Part shown: positions 1 through 9,465 of the stretch, one piece after another
Numbering within the stretch: position 1 is the stretch's first letter
How the letters are laid out: the number at the start of each line of letters is the position of its first letter
From: a virus
Virus record (IMG/VR): IMGVR_UViG_3300037153_000606
Length of the DNA: 64,000 bases
Direction: 5' to 3' (one strand)
Notes under the pieces: generated by a model
What the model was told of the DNA's origin: nothing
The model's database searches: none
What the model saw: the letters and a program-made list of their open reading frames with translations, nothing else
Program-made: the position numbers and the translations under genes

Positions 1-51
1 GTGGGGTCCTAGTTCGCGAGTGAGGGTCGAGGGATCTTATGATGACCCGGC

Positions 52-116
52 GACGTGGCTAGGCGTGGCCAGGCTAGGCGAGTCAGGGCCCGGCACGGCG
101 AGGCACGGCATGGCAG
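52..116 (+). ncRNA. Solo GGY-NN guide-like unit (12 pentamers + GGCAG end)
   Basis: GAC-GT GGC-TA GGC-GT GGC-CA GGC-TA GGC-GA GTC-AG GGC-CC GGC-AC GGC-GA GGC-AC GGC-AT GGCAG; same grammar as the 15703-17275 array. Confidence 0.6.
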
Positions 117-2677
117 GACAGGCTGGGCTGTCGCCGGTTCAGGCTTCCTGGATCGGCGACAACCCCGACGAGCCGACGTTGCACTGGCGCGCGCCGAATC
201 TGCGATACGAGGTTCACATCAAGAACTACATGCCCAGCCGGGACCTGCGTGAGGGGTACGGCGCGGTGCCGCACCAGTACGTGTCGTTGCATGAGAACGA
301 TCTGCACAACCCGCACGCGAAGCCTTCGATCCGCAGTGTCGAGAACGGCGAGCTGCGCGCCGTCGACCAGTTCGGCAACCGGCCCGGCAAGCCGCCTGCG
401 CATGTGATGCGGCACATCAACGACGCCATCGACCAGGTGCGCCAGCACGCCGACACACACGCCGACCTGTACGGCCAGCTCGCCGAGCAGCAGGACATCC
501 GTGACGACCTGGCCGCCGTGCCGCACCGGATGCAGCAGGAGGAGCGCGGCCGGGCGATGTTCGAGAACCTGCTGCGCAGCGCCGAGGAGCGTGGCGAGCA
601 CGAGGCGGCGCTCACCCCGGCGCACGAATGGGCCAGACTGTATCTGGCCGCCGGGGCGGGGACTCCAGCCACAGCCCTGGTGGCCCTCAGATCGTTGGGA
701 ATGGCCCACGAGGCCGCCCGAGGTGTATTGGACTACGCGACCTCGTCCTGGGCCGCCTGCGGCGTTCTGGTGTCCGGGGAACCGGACACCATCATCGACG
801 TCGACCCGATCGCCAAGACTGCCGTGCTCTATGACGGCCGGACGGTCGACACCGATCTGGTGCGGTATGCGGCCAGTCATCCGGAGGGCGAACACCTCCG
901 GCATCGACGGCGGCATTTCGCACCGTCCTACGCCCCGGCCTACGGGATGGCCTGGTGCCCGTGGTGTCTCGGCGACGGGTGCGAGCGGTGTGACGACAAC
1001 GGTCAGGTGCCCGCCGACTCCCAGGACGCCGCCGCCGGTGCCGATACGGGTATGGGCGGCACCGACGGCGGCACCACGGCGGCCCTGCAGGAACAACCCG
1101 ATTTCGGTGACGACCTCTCTGGCGGTGAGGAGGATTTCGTCGGTGATCCCGCCGACGGTTCGGGGAGCCAACAGGTCACCGGCATGTGGCACCAGGCCGA
1201 CTACGAGGTCGGCGGGTTGGCCGCCGCCGGTCCCGCGCCGTCGTTCCGGCGTCGCACGCCGCATTCCGAGTCGGATAATCCCGGGTCGACCGGATTCGCG
1301 ACCTCCGCCGACCCGACCAACTGGACCTCCACGGTCGCCTCGCCGTCCAATTTGACCAACTGGAACGCGTCGTTGCACACCGCCAAGCAGGGCGACGAGG
1401 TGACGCATGCCGGAGTGGCGTTGAAGGCCGCAGACACCGGCAGGGTGCTGATGATCCAAAGGTCTAACAAGGACGAGAAGGATCCGGCGCGCGGTACCTG
1501 GGAGTTCCCGGGTGGGAGCCTCGAAGACGGTGACTCCACCTCGTTGCACGGTGCCATCCGGGAGTTCGAGGAGGAGGTCGGGTCGAAGTTCCCTGAGGGT
1601 GGCCACCTGACCCACGTGCATCGCAACAAGAACTATGTGCTGCACACGGTGGTTGTGCCGGAAGAATCCTCGATCAACTTCGCGGACGGCCGGAAAACCG
1701 TCAACCCTGACGACCCGGACGGCGATGATCACGAGCAGTCGGCATGGTGGCAGATCGGCGACGCGCAGAAGAACCCGGCGTTGCGCCGCGAGGTGAAGAA
1801 AACCCCGTGGGACGAGATCAAGAAGGCGGCGAATGTGACCTCGGTCACATTGTCAGGGGGTAATGGGGTCGCCGGTACCTATAAGCCCGCAGGGCGTACA
1901 ACGGCCGAGCTGCGCAGCGACCAGGAGAAGGTCCTGGACCCGGACTGGAAGACCGGGTACACCCACGCGATCGACGACCAGCCCTATCAGCTGCCCGACT
2001 ACACGCCCGGTGAGGGCGGCTTCATGCGGGCCACTCGGTATGCCCAGGGGTACTCCGACGGGCGTGACGACCAGGGCCAGAAGTGGGGCGTCCTGCACGA
2101 CATCCCCGAACCCGCGTTGCCGTCCACCGACGGTGCCAGCGAGGACGCCGATGATATGAGTATCGGCGGCGACGTCCCGAGCGGGGCGCAGCCGTGGCAG
2201 GAGCCGGACGCCGGGTTGCCGGTGGACCGGGACGAGCCGTGGGGCTTCGAGCAGGGTTATCCACCGCAGGGCGCACACCTTGTGGACGCCGATGACACCT
2301 CCACCGCCTCCGACGACCTGTCCAACGTGCCGTCCAGCACGCCGGACATCACCGCCAACGCGGTGTTGGCGCAGTTCTGGAAGTCGGCCGGAGGCGCGGC
2401 ATTGCGCGCCGACGTGACCGAGGGCAAGAACTCCGGCCCGGCCGGTGAATCCACACCCGGCCGGGCCGATGACATCACCGACGGTGACATCGCCGCCACC
2501 GCGCGGGCGGTGTTGGCCAAGATGGGGGCCAAGGACTTCTCCTTCGCCGAGCAGCGCGAGCTGATCGACGAGGGGTTGACCAGCAACGCGCGGGCCCGCA
2601 ACTTCGACGATCTCGACCTCGCAGGCACGCATTACGCGCACATGGCCGACGAGCAGGACGAGGATCTCTGGTTGTGA
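110..2677 (+). CDS. Large multidomain protein with NUDIX hydrolase domain, probably head-associated
   Basis: Nudix box WEFPGGSLEDGDSTSLHGAIREFEEEVG; CPWCLGDGCERC Zn-finger; acidic linkers. ORF is open from 20, but 20-109 overlaps the repeat unit, so ATG 110 is preferred; start uncertain. Confidence 0.75.
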   Translation: MAGQAGLSPVQASWIGDNPDEPTLHWRAPNLRYEVHIKNYMPSRDLREGYGAVPHQYVSLHENDLHNPHAKPSIRSVENGELRAVDQFGNRPGKPPAHVMRHINDAIDQVRQHADTHADLYGQLAEQQDIRDDLAAVPHRMQQEERGRAMFENLLRSAEERGEHEAALTPAHEWARLYLAAGAGTPATALVALRSLGMAHEAARGVLDYATSSWAACGVLVSGEPDTIIDVDPIAKTAVLYDGRTVDTDLVRYAASHPEGEHLRHRRRHFAPSYAPAYGMAWCPWCLGDGCERCDDNGQVPADSQDAAAGADTGMGGTDGGTTAALQEQPDFGDDLSGGEEDFVGDPADGSGSQQVTGMWHQADYEVGGLAAAGPAPSFRRRTPHSESDNPGSTGFATSADPTNWTSTVASPSNLTNWNASLHTAKQGDEVTHAGVALKAADTGRVLMIQRSNKDEKDPARGTWEFPGGSLEDGDSTSLHGAIREFEEEVGSKFPEGGHLTHVHRNKNYVLHTVVVPEESSINFADGRKTVNPDDPDGDDHEQSAWWQIGDAQKNPALRREVKKTPWDEIKKAANVTSVTLSGGNGVAGTYKPAGRTTAELRSDQEKVLDPDWKTGYTHAIDDQPYQLPDYTPGEGGFMRATRYAQGYSDGRDDQGQKWGVLHDIPEPALPSTDGASEDADDMSIGGDVPSGAQPWQEPDAGLPVDRDEPWGFEQGYPPQGAHLVDADDTSTASDDLSNVPSSTPDITANAVLAQFWKSAGGAALRADVTEGKNSGPAGESTPGRADDITDGDIAATARAVLAKMGAKDFSFAEQRELIDEGLTSNARARNFDDLDLAGTHYAHMADEQDEDLWL

Positions 2678-3006
2678 CCCGCCCGCAGCGCTGGACGCTG
2701 CACCCGGACGGTGAGACCGGCGCGAGTTGGGCAGTAGCGCGGGGCAACCGGCCCGTCGCCGCCGGTCTCACCCAGGCGCAGGCGCAACAACTCGTGCAGT
2801 CCCGGATACGTCCCGGGGAACGGGTGTTCAGCGCCGACCGTGACGGCTATCTTACGGAGCTGACACCACGGTCTCGGAGGGGGCGACCGCATGCGACTGT
2901 TGATCGACCTGTGGGTGGGCCTGTTCGGGACCCGGACGACCCGCCGGAACGCAGCGGTTGGCCGCGCCACGATTGGCGTCGGCACGACTGGGCCCGCCAC
3001 ACTTGA
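2674..3006 (+). CDS. Hypothetical protein
   Basis: GTGA overlap with upstream stop; 110 aa. Confidence 0.5.
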   Translation: MTRPQRWTLHPDGETGASWAVARGNRPVAAGLTQAQAQQLVQSRIRPGERVFSADRDGYLTELTPRSRRGRPHATVDRPVGGPVRDPDDPPERSGWPRHDWRRHDWARHT

Positions 3007-3009
3007 GCG

Positions 3010-3363
3010 GTGAACCCCTTCGTCGCGGCGTTGCCCGACGCCCAGGTGATGATCCGCAACCTGGTTCGGGCCGGGTACGACGCCAGCATTTCGATCGTTC
3101 ATGACCTCTTCGATCCGGACGGACTGCAGTGCCCGATGCGCCGTATCCGCGTCCGGATCGGTTTCGCGCAGGTCGACCAGGTCGTGTTGGACTGTGATGC
3201 GGAAGCGTTCATCCCCGATCCCGGTTTGGTGGAGTGGGTGGCCCGCGAGGCCGTGATGGAGTGTCTTCGTCAATGGCCTGCCGAGCAGGTGTTCGGTAGT
3301 GGGTCTGATTGGTTGTGCAACGAACCCTCGGATCAGAGCAGATTGCCCACGAAAGTAGTGTGA
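3010..3363 (+). CDS. Hypothetical protein
   Basis: 117 aa, tight packing, protein-like composition. Confidence 0.6.
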   Translation: MNPFVAALPDAQVMIRNLVRAGYDASISIVHDLFDPDGLQCPMRRIRVRIGFAQVDQVVLDCDAEAFIPDPGLVEWVAREAVMECLRQWPAEQVFGSGSDWLCNEPSDQSRLPTKVV

Positions 3364-4007
3364 CCCAGCCGCCACCCATCACCGCCGTCGTCGGAGCGGA
3401 GCAGCCGACCGTCGCGGTGTTGCCCGGTCCGCAGCAGCAGGTCGTGGTGTTGCCCCGCCAGCAGGGCCCGGTCGCGGTGGTCGGCGGCCCGAGCGCGTTG
3501 CGCGCCACGCTGGCCAGGACCGGTTCCCCGTCGGTCACCGTCGGGGCCAGCCAGGGCATCGACACCGATGCGGTGCACTGGCGCGGGCCGTGGACGCCCG
3601 GCACCCAGTACAACCGCAACGACCTGGTGACCTACCAGGACAAGCTCTGGATCTGTGACACGCCGACGAACACGATCGGGTTCTCGACCGGCTACTTCAC
3701 CGAGATCGGCGCGATCCACACCGTGACCGGGACATTGCAGGCCGCCGACCCGAGCGACCCTGCCGACTTGGTCACGCTGCGCTACCTGCAGACCTCCGTG
3801 CCGGAGACGGTGCCGATCTCCTACCGGCACGTGCAGTCCACCCCGGCGGCAGTGTGGACGATCACCCACAACCTGGGGTTCCAGCCCAACGCCACGGTGG
3901 TCGACTCGGCGGGCACCGAGGTGATCGGCGACCTGGACTACGTGGACGACCACACCGTGCGGATCACCTTCTCGGCCGCCTTCGGCGGCGAGTGTTACCT
4001 CTCGTGA
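3360..4007 (+). CDS. Virion structural protein (fibre/collar-like)
   Basis: GTG 3360 overlaps upstream TGA; WRGPWTPGTQYNRNDLVTY motif and C-terminal WTITHNLG..P.VVDSAG..V motif typical of fibre-associated proteins. Confidence 0.7.
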   Translation: MTQPPPITAVVGAEQPTVAVLPGPQQQVVVLPRQQGPVAVVGGPSALRATLARTGSPSVTVGASQGIDTDAVHWRGPWTPGTQYNRNDLVTYQDKLWICDTPTNTIGFSTGYFTEIGAIHTVTGTLQAADPSDPADLVTLRYLQTSVPETVPISYRHVQSTPAAVWTITHNLGFQPNATVVDSAGTEVIGDLDYVDDHTVRITFSAAFGGECYLS

Positions 4008-4027
4008 TGATCTCGTAGGAGACGGCG

Positions 4028-5491
4028 ATGCCCACCATGCTGGTCCCGCTGGACCTCAAGCAGAACGAGCTGCGCAACGCCTCCATCCAGAACTTGGGCA
4101 CCCCGCCGTCCAATCCGGTCAAGGGCCAGATGTACTTCGATACTGGGTCGAACACGCTCTACTACTGGGACGGCACCGCGTGGCAAGCGGTCAAGTCCGG
4201 CACCGGCGGGCCGCCGACCGGTGCGGCGGGCGGTGACCTCTCCGGCACCTACCCGAACCCGGGTGTCGTGAAGATCAACGGGACGACACTGTCCGGGCTC
4301 GCCACCGGCATCCTGAAGAACACCACCGCCACCGGTGTGCCGTCCATCGCCACGGCGTCCGACATCCCTACCGTCGCGGCCGGGGGCACCGGCCCGCTGA
4401 ATGCCTCTGACGCGTCCACCACGAACGCCCGCACGCCCATTGCGCACGCCACCACTCACCAGCCGGGTGGATCGGACCCGATGGCGGTCGACGCGGTGGT
4501 GGGCACCGGCAGCCTGCGCACCATCGGCACCGGTGCGCAGCAGGCGATGGCGGGCAACACGCGCCTGGACACCATCGCCATGCCGACCGGCAACGTCAAC
4601 ATCAACGGGCACTACATCAACAACGTGCTCGATCCGGTCAGCAGCAGCGACGCGGCGACGAAGAACTACGTCGACACCACCTCCCAGGGCCTGGACGCCA
4701 AAGCCAGCGTGAAGGCCGCGTCGGCCGGGTCGAACCTCACCCTGTCCGGCACGCAGACGGTGGACGGCATCGCGCTGGTGGCCAACGACCGGATCCTGGT
4801 CAAGGACCAGAGCACCACCGCGAACAACGGCATCTACGTGGTCGCGGCCGGAGCGTGGTCCCGCGCGACCGACATGGACTCCTGGGCCGAGGTCCCGGCG
4901 GCGTTCACCTTCGTGGAGCAGGGCACCGTCAACGCCGACACCGGCTGGGTGTGCACCTCCGACCAGGGTGGCACGCTGAATACCACCGCGATCACCTGGA
5001 CGCAGTTCTCCGGTGCCGGTCAGCTCACCGCCGGGGCCGGTCTGACCAAGACCGGCAACCAGATCGACGTGGTCTCCAGCAATGCCGCGATTGCAGTGGC
5101 GGCAGATGCTCTCGCACTGACCCTCGATACCAGCGGTGCAGGCAATGGCCTGCTCGTCACCTCGGGCGGACTCACGGCCAAGGTAGGTCCGGGGCTGACG
5201 TTGAGCGGCCTTGGCATCGTCGTTGATTTTGTCAACACAGCCGGGGCCGCGAATACCTGGATTCCGCGTAAGTGGACGGGCGCGCTGGCCGGGTCGGTCG
5301 CCTACGCCACCGGCGAGGTCTTCACGCACAACCTCGGAACCCGCGATATCCAGGTCGCTGTGGTCAACAACGGCTCGCCCTACAACGCCATCGAGGTGGA
5401 CTGGGAGGCGACCACGGTCAATACCGCCACCATCCGCTACAACTTCAACGTGCTCAACCCCACGGGGTACCGCCTAGTGATCGTGGGCTGA
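4028..5491 (+). CDS. Virion fibre/minor tail protein
   Basis: GGAG RBS; Gly/Thr/Ala-rich; DAATKNYVD and DRILVKDQ..NGIYVV motifs common in phage fibre proteins. Confidence 0.8.
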   Translation: MPTMLVPLDLKQNELRNASIQNLGTPPSNPVKGQMYFDTGSNTLYYWDGTAWQAVKSGTGGPPTGAAGGDLSGTYPNPGVVKINGTTLSGLATGILKNTTATGVPSIATASDIPTVAAGGTGPLNASDASTTNARTPIAHATTHQPGGSDPMAVDAVVGTGSLRTIGTGAQQAMAGNTRLDTIAMPTGNVNINGHYINNVLDPVSSSDAATKNYVDTTSQGLDAKASVKAASAGSNLTLSGTQTVDGIALVANDRILVKDQSTTANNGIYVVAAGAWSRATDMDSWAEVPAAFTFVEQGTVNADTGWVCTSDQGGTLNTTAITWTQFSGAGQLTAGAGLTKTGNQIDVVSSNAAIAVAADALALTLDTSGAGNGLLVTSGGLTAKVGPGLTLSGLGIVVDFVNTAGAANTWIPRKWTGALAGSVAYATGEVFTHNLGTRDIQVAVVNNGSPYNAIEVDWEATTVNTATIRYNFNVLNPTGYRLVIVG

Positions 5492-5493
5492 CC

Positions 5494-8400
5494 GTGCCCC
5501 GCAGTCTTGGCACTGTCAATATCCCGGCGCTCGCCTCGGCCCCGGCCAGTCCGGTCACCGGCGACCAGTACTACGACACTGGGACTAAGCGTCGCTACAT
5601 CTACAACGGCACCGCATGGGTGACTCCGGATGTGCTCGCGGGCGGCACTGCCGGGCAAGTGCTGACCAAGGTCGACGGCACCGACTACAACACGCAGTGG
5701 CAGACGATCAGCGGTGGCGGCGGTGGTTTCGCCGTCACTGACATCGCGGACGGAAGCACCTCGGCGAACACCTTGGTCAGCCCCGGTATCTACCGCATCC
5801 AGTTCACCCAACTCGGACTACCAAGTTGGTCGAGGTGGAACACCTCCAACGGAATCGGGTTCCTGGCCGTCTATAGCTTCGGGAGCAACATCACGCAGAT
5901 GGTCGAATCCTCGATCGCTCCGGCTAGTGGGTTTCCTGGCGGTGGCGAATTGTGGATGCGCTCCAGCGGCAATACGGGCTCGTCGTGGTCCGACTGGCAG
6001 TCGATCAACTCGGCCAATAGCAACCTGATCTCCGACTTCAACCTCGCTCGCGGGCCTGGCTATTACTCTTTGCCAGGGGACAACGCCAACGGTCCCGGTG
6101 TCCCGGGGAACGGGATGTTGTTCGTGGACACCGACATGTCACCGAAGTCGGCGTTCTGGGCTAACACCGCGCAGACGTGGTTCTGTTCTGCTGGTGGCAA
6201 CGCTGGGCAGGTATGGGCGCGGGCAGTGACCGCCGGTGGCGTGGCCGGGCCGTGGCGGCGCATCGACAGCGCGATGCTCACCGGGGGCAGCGCAGGCCAG
6301 GTGTTGTCCAAGGTCGACGGTTCCGACTACAACACGCAGTGGGCCACTCCGGCTACAGTTCCGGGATTCGCTGCACCAACGGCGGAAACTGCTTTCGGTA
6401 CATCTTCGGCAGCCGGTTCCTCGACTTCAGTGCCTCGTGCCGACCACACCCATGGCAACCCTGCGAATCCATTGCCGACAGGCGGTGCGGCAGGGCAGGT
6501 GTTGTCCAAGATCAGTTCTGCCGACTACAACACGACGTGGTCGACGCCGTTACCGGCATACCGGGCCACGGTCACCTCTGACATGGCCGACCAGGGCACC
6601 GACCCCCTGTTCACCCGGTGGCCGTCCCAGTACGGCGTCATCCTCGCCAACAGCGGCGGGCAGTACCGGCTGACCGCTGCCGCCTCGAACCAGTACACCG
6701 GGCTGAAGACCGATTTCACCAACACCCCGCTGGTGTTGGACTGGCTGGAGGCGAAGGTCACCGCAGATCTGGCCGGGACCGCGCCGCTGTTCTTCTTCGG
6801 GATCAAGGACTCCACCGACGGCAACCGGGCCGGGTTCACCCTGTCCGGCACCTCGGTCACCCCGGTGGACCAGACCAACTACACCGACAACCATCCGCAG
6901 GGCACGCCGGTCACGATCACCGCCAACACCCCGGTGTACCTGGCGTTGGCCATCGGGACCGACGCAGTCCGGTACGGCGAGGTCAACCCGAACCCGGCCA
7001 ACCTGTACATGTACACCTCCACCGACGGGTTGGTCTGGACCCGGCGCTACGGCAACACCGCACCCACCATCGCCGCCGCCTGCCGGATCGCCTTCGACGT
7101 ACAGAACTCTGGTGCAACCAGTCTGTTCTACATCTCCCAGATCAATCTTGTCTCGGTCGCGCCGTCCACGACGAGCCTGGATTCGGGTTGGCACTACCTC
7201 AACGCACCGGGTGAGCCGACGTGCACCTATCCGCCCTACGACCTGGCCGGGAACTCTTATTCGCCGGGCCGGTTCCGCCGCGACGGGGCGGGATGTGTCT
7301 GGCTCGACGTGATGATCGTGCCGCCCACCGCGAGTGCGACAGCGGTGTTGTTCACTCTGCCGCAAGGTTTCCGTCCGGCGTACTCGATCTTCCTGTGTGT
7401 GTCGCACACTTCTGGTCCGGCAGTTATCCGGGTGGACCCGAACGGCGACGTGGTGTTCGCCTACTGCGTTACGGGCACACTTACCTGGACCCATCTCGGT
7501 TCGGCCACCTTCATGGCTGAGGACGCGCAGACGGTCAACTGGGTAACACCGGCACTCGGTGGCAGTTGGACCAACCTGGGCACACTCGGCGGCAAGACCT
7601 GCGCCCCGGCCCGGTACTTCGTGGACGCGGCAGGCGACATCCATCTGTCCGGCATGATTGCAGGCGGCGGCACGGGTTCTGCCAACGCACCTTTCTCGTT
7701 GCCCGCAAACCTGTGGCCGAACGGCACGGACGGTGCGATCATCAATCAGCCGACGTGTTGCTCACCAGGTTCGGCAGGCGCGCAGGCCCGTGTCGATGTG
7801 AACAATGGCGCGTTGGGCGTCGTGGTCGTGAACAGCTACGGCGGCGGTGGCGGCAACGCCTGGGTGTCACTGGACGGCATCGTCATCGCCAACCCGAACG
7901 GCAACTGGTCAACCCCGGCGCTCATCAACTCGTGGGTCGCCTATTCGGCGTCCTATGTGACAACCCAGTTCTGTGTGAACAAGTTCGGCATCGCCGCGAT
8001 GCGCGGGCTCATCAAGTCCGGCAGTGGTGGTGCGGTCGCGGCGGCGAGTATGTCCACCGAGATCGCACCGCGCTACACAGTCATCTTCTTGGGATATGCC
8101 AACGCCGGATGTGCCCGTCTGGACACGATATATGACGGGCGGATCACGCCGAGCACCTATTGGAACTCCGGTACGAATGCCTTCGTCTCCACGGTGGGCC
8201 GATGGTGGTCCGAGGCCGAAGGTGGCGGAAGTGGTCCGCAGGGACCAACCGGCCCACAAGGACCGTCCGGCGGGCCGGTGCCGTCCGGGGGACAGACCGG
8301 GTTTGTGCTCGCCAAGAAGTCGGCCACCGATGGTGATGTGCAGTGGGCTAATCCAGTATCGGACACGGGTTGGAAAACGCTGCCCATCGCCAGCGGTTAT

Positions 8401-8715
8401 GCCGCCTACACGAACACACCTGCCCCGGCGTACCGGATCATCAGTGGTGTCGTCTATTTCCGGGGCCAGGTCGGCAAGACGGATGGCACGGCGTTCGCAG
8501 CCACCTCGTTCAACCCAGTCACCGCACTACCCGCCGAGGCGCAGCCGACCCTGGCGAGCGGTGGTTACGTGATGGCGGCGATAGCCACCAGTTCGGGCTC
8601 GATCACCGCACGGCTTTACATCGGCTATTCCAATACCGCCCAGATGACCACCAACATGAGTGCCACAGGAGCGGTCTACATCGACATCGGCGGGTTCTCC
8701 TATCCACTTGGCTGA
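5494..8715 (+). CDS. Modular tail fibre / receptor-binding protein
   Basis: GTG just after upstream stop; 4 copies of GGxxGQVLxKxxxxDYNTxW-type linker; short GPQGPT collagen stretch; fibre-tip-like beta modules. Confidence 0.8.
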   Translation: MPRSLGTVNIPALASAPASPVTGDQYYDTGTKRRYIYNGTAWVTPDVLAGGTAGQVLTKVDGTDYNTQWQTISGGGGGFAVTDIADGSTSANTLVSPGIYRIQFTQLGLPSWSRWNTSNGIGFLAVYSFGSNITQMVESSIAPASGFPGGGELWMRSSGNTGSSWSDWQSINSANSNLISDFNLARGPGYYSLPGDNANGPGVPGNGMLFVDTDMSPKSAFWANTAQTWFCSAGGNAGQVWARAVTAGGVAGPWRRIDSAMLTGGSAGQVLSKVDGSDYNTQWATPATVPGFAAPTAETAFGTSSAAGSSTSVPRADHTHGNPANPLPTGGAAGQVLSKISSADYNTTWSTPLPAYRATVTSDMADQGTDPLFTRWPSQYGVILANSGGQYRLTAAASNQYTGLKTDFTNTPLVLDWLEAKVTADLAGTAPLFFFGIKDSTDGNRAGFTLSGTSVTPVDQTNYTDNHPQGTPVTITANTPVYLALAIGTDAVRYGEVNPNPANLYMYTSTDGLVWTRRYGNTAPTIAAACRIAFDVQNSGATSLFYISQINLVSVAPSTTSLDSGWHYLNAPGEPTCTYPPYDLAGNSYSPGRFRRDGAGCVWLDVMIVPPTASATAVLFTLPQGFRPAYSIFLCVSHTSGPAVIRVDPNGDVVFAYCVTGTLTWTHLGSATFMAEDAQTVNWVTPALGGSWTNLGTLGGKTCAPARYFVDAAGDIHLSGMIAGGGTGSANAPFSLPANLWPNGTDGAIINQPTCCSPGSAGAQARVDVNNGALGVVVVNSYGGGGGNAWVSLDGIVIANPNGNWSTPALINSWVAYSASYVTTQFCVNKFGIAAMRGLIKSGSGGAVAAASMSTEIAPRYTVIFLGYANAGCARLDTIYDGRITPSTYWNSGTNAFVSTVGRWWSEAEGGGSGPQGPTGPQGPSGGPVPSGGQTGFVLAKKSATDGDVQWANPVSDTGWKTLPIASGYAAYTNTPAPAYRIISGVVYFRGQVGKTDGTAFAATSFNPVTALPAEAQPTLASGGYVMAAIATSSGSITARLYIGYSNTAQMTTNMSATGAVYIDIGGFSYPLG

Positions 8716-8728
8716 GATGAGGGGCCTG

Positions 8729-8760
8729 ACTGCCTCCTCCCGGCCCTGACCGGCGAAGTA
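8729..8760 (+). promoter_or_regulatory. Putative phage late promoter, CCTG-N22-GAAGTA family
   Basis: ACTG at 8729 and GAAGTA at 8755; same spacing at seven other intergenic sites. Confidence 0.55.
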
Positions 8761-8774
8761 CGGAGGAGGCCGCC

Positions 8775-8921
8775 ATGCTGCGCAAGTACGGCACCCTGGA
8801 GGTGTTGTCGGCCGCGATCGGCCAGATCCCCCGGGGCACCCGGTCACTGGACCCCCGGTTGGGGCACCGTGCGGTGTTCTCCTTCGTGCCCCGGGCCGGG
8901 TTCCTCTACGTCCGGTCCCGG
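8775..8921 (+). pseudogene. Orphaned original 5' end of the protease/scaffold gene
   Basis: [11 protein letters not shown]; encodes ...HRAVFSFVPRAGFLYVRSR, repeated as HRAVFSFVPRPGFLYVRSR in the 9466 ORF; similarity ends where the HNH gene begins. Confidence 0.8.
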
Positions 8922-9439
8922 GTGCTGCGGTATCGCTGGCTGGCCTCTTGTCGACAGGTTCGGCAAGCCCGGACACCCTTGTACAGGTATGTGTTCTCGG
9001 CGGTGAACTCGTGACCATGCTTACAGTGCGTCTTGGCGAGATTCCAGGCTTGAACCGAGTTGCCGCGCAGTGTGTTCTCCCGCGAGGTGACCGGTCGGAC
9101 ATGGTCAGGATTGACGCAGGCCCGGTTGTCGCAGACGAAGTGGTCGAGTACTTTTCCGACCGGTACGGGTCCGTATTTCCGTTCATAGTAGAACTTGGTC
9201 GCCTTGACGGTCTTGTGTCCCTTGGCGGGGTCGTTGGTCAGTCCGTACCCGTCGGCATTGAGGTGCTTCTGCCAGATCCAGCACCCGTTGCCCGCGACGA
9301 TGTAGTCGATCTTTCGGGTGTTATGTCCGTGGACGAAGCGCATCGGTTCTCCACGCACCCAGCCGAATCTTCGGTGGGACTGTGGAGCGATCTTGGTGCG
9401 TTGTCCGCAGCCACACTCGCAGAGCCCATCACTTGCCAT
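8906..9439 (-). CDS. HNH homing endonuclease
   Basis: CECGCG N-terminus; CWIWQ..GYG..LDHFVCDNRACVNPDH..T.REN; KTHCKHGH..CRTC C-terminal domain. Confidence 0.9.
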   Translation of the reverse strand: MASDGLCECGCGQRTKIAPQSHRRFGWVRGEPMRFVHGHNTRKIDYIVAGNGCWIWQKHLNADGYGLTNDPAKGHKTVKATKFYYERKYGPVPVGKVLDHFVCDNRACVNPDHVRPVTSRENTLRGNSVQAWNLAKTHCKHGHEFTAENTYLYKGVRACRTCRQEASQRYRSTRDRT

Positions 9440-9465
9440 GTGATGAATCTTTGCGGAGGTGAGTG

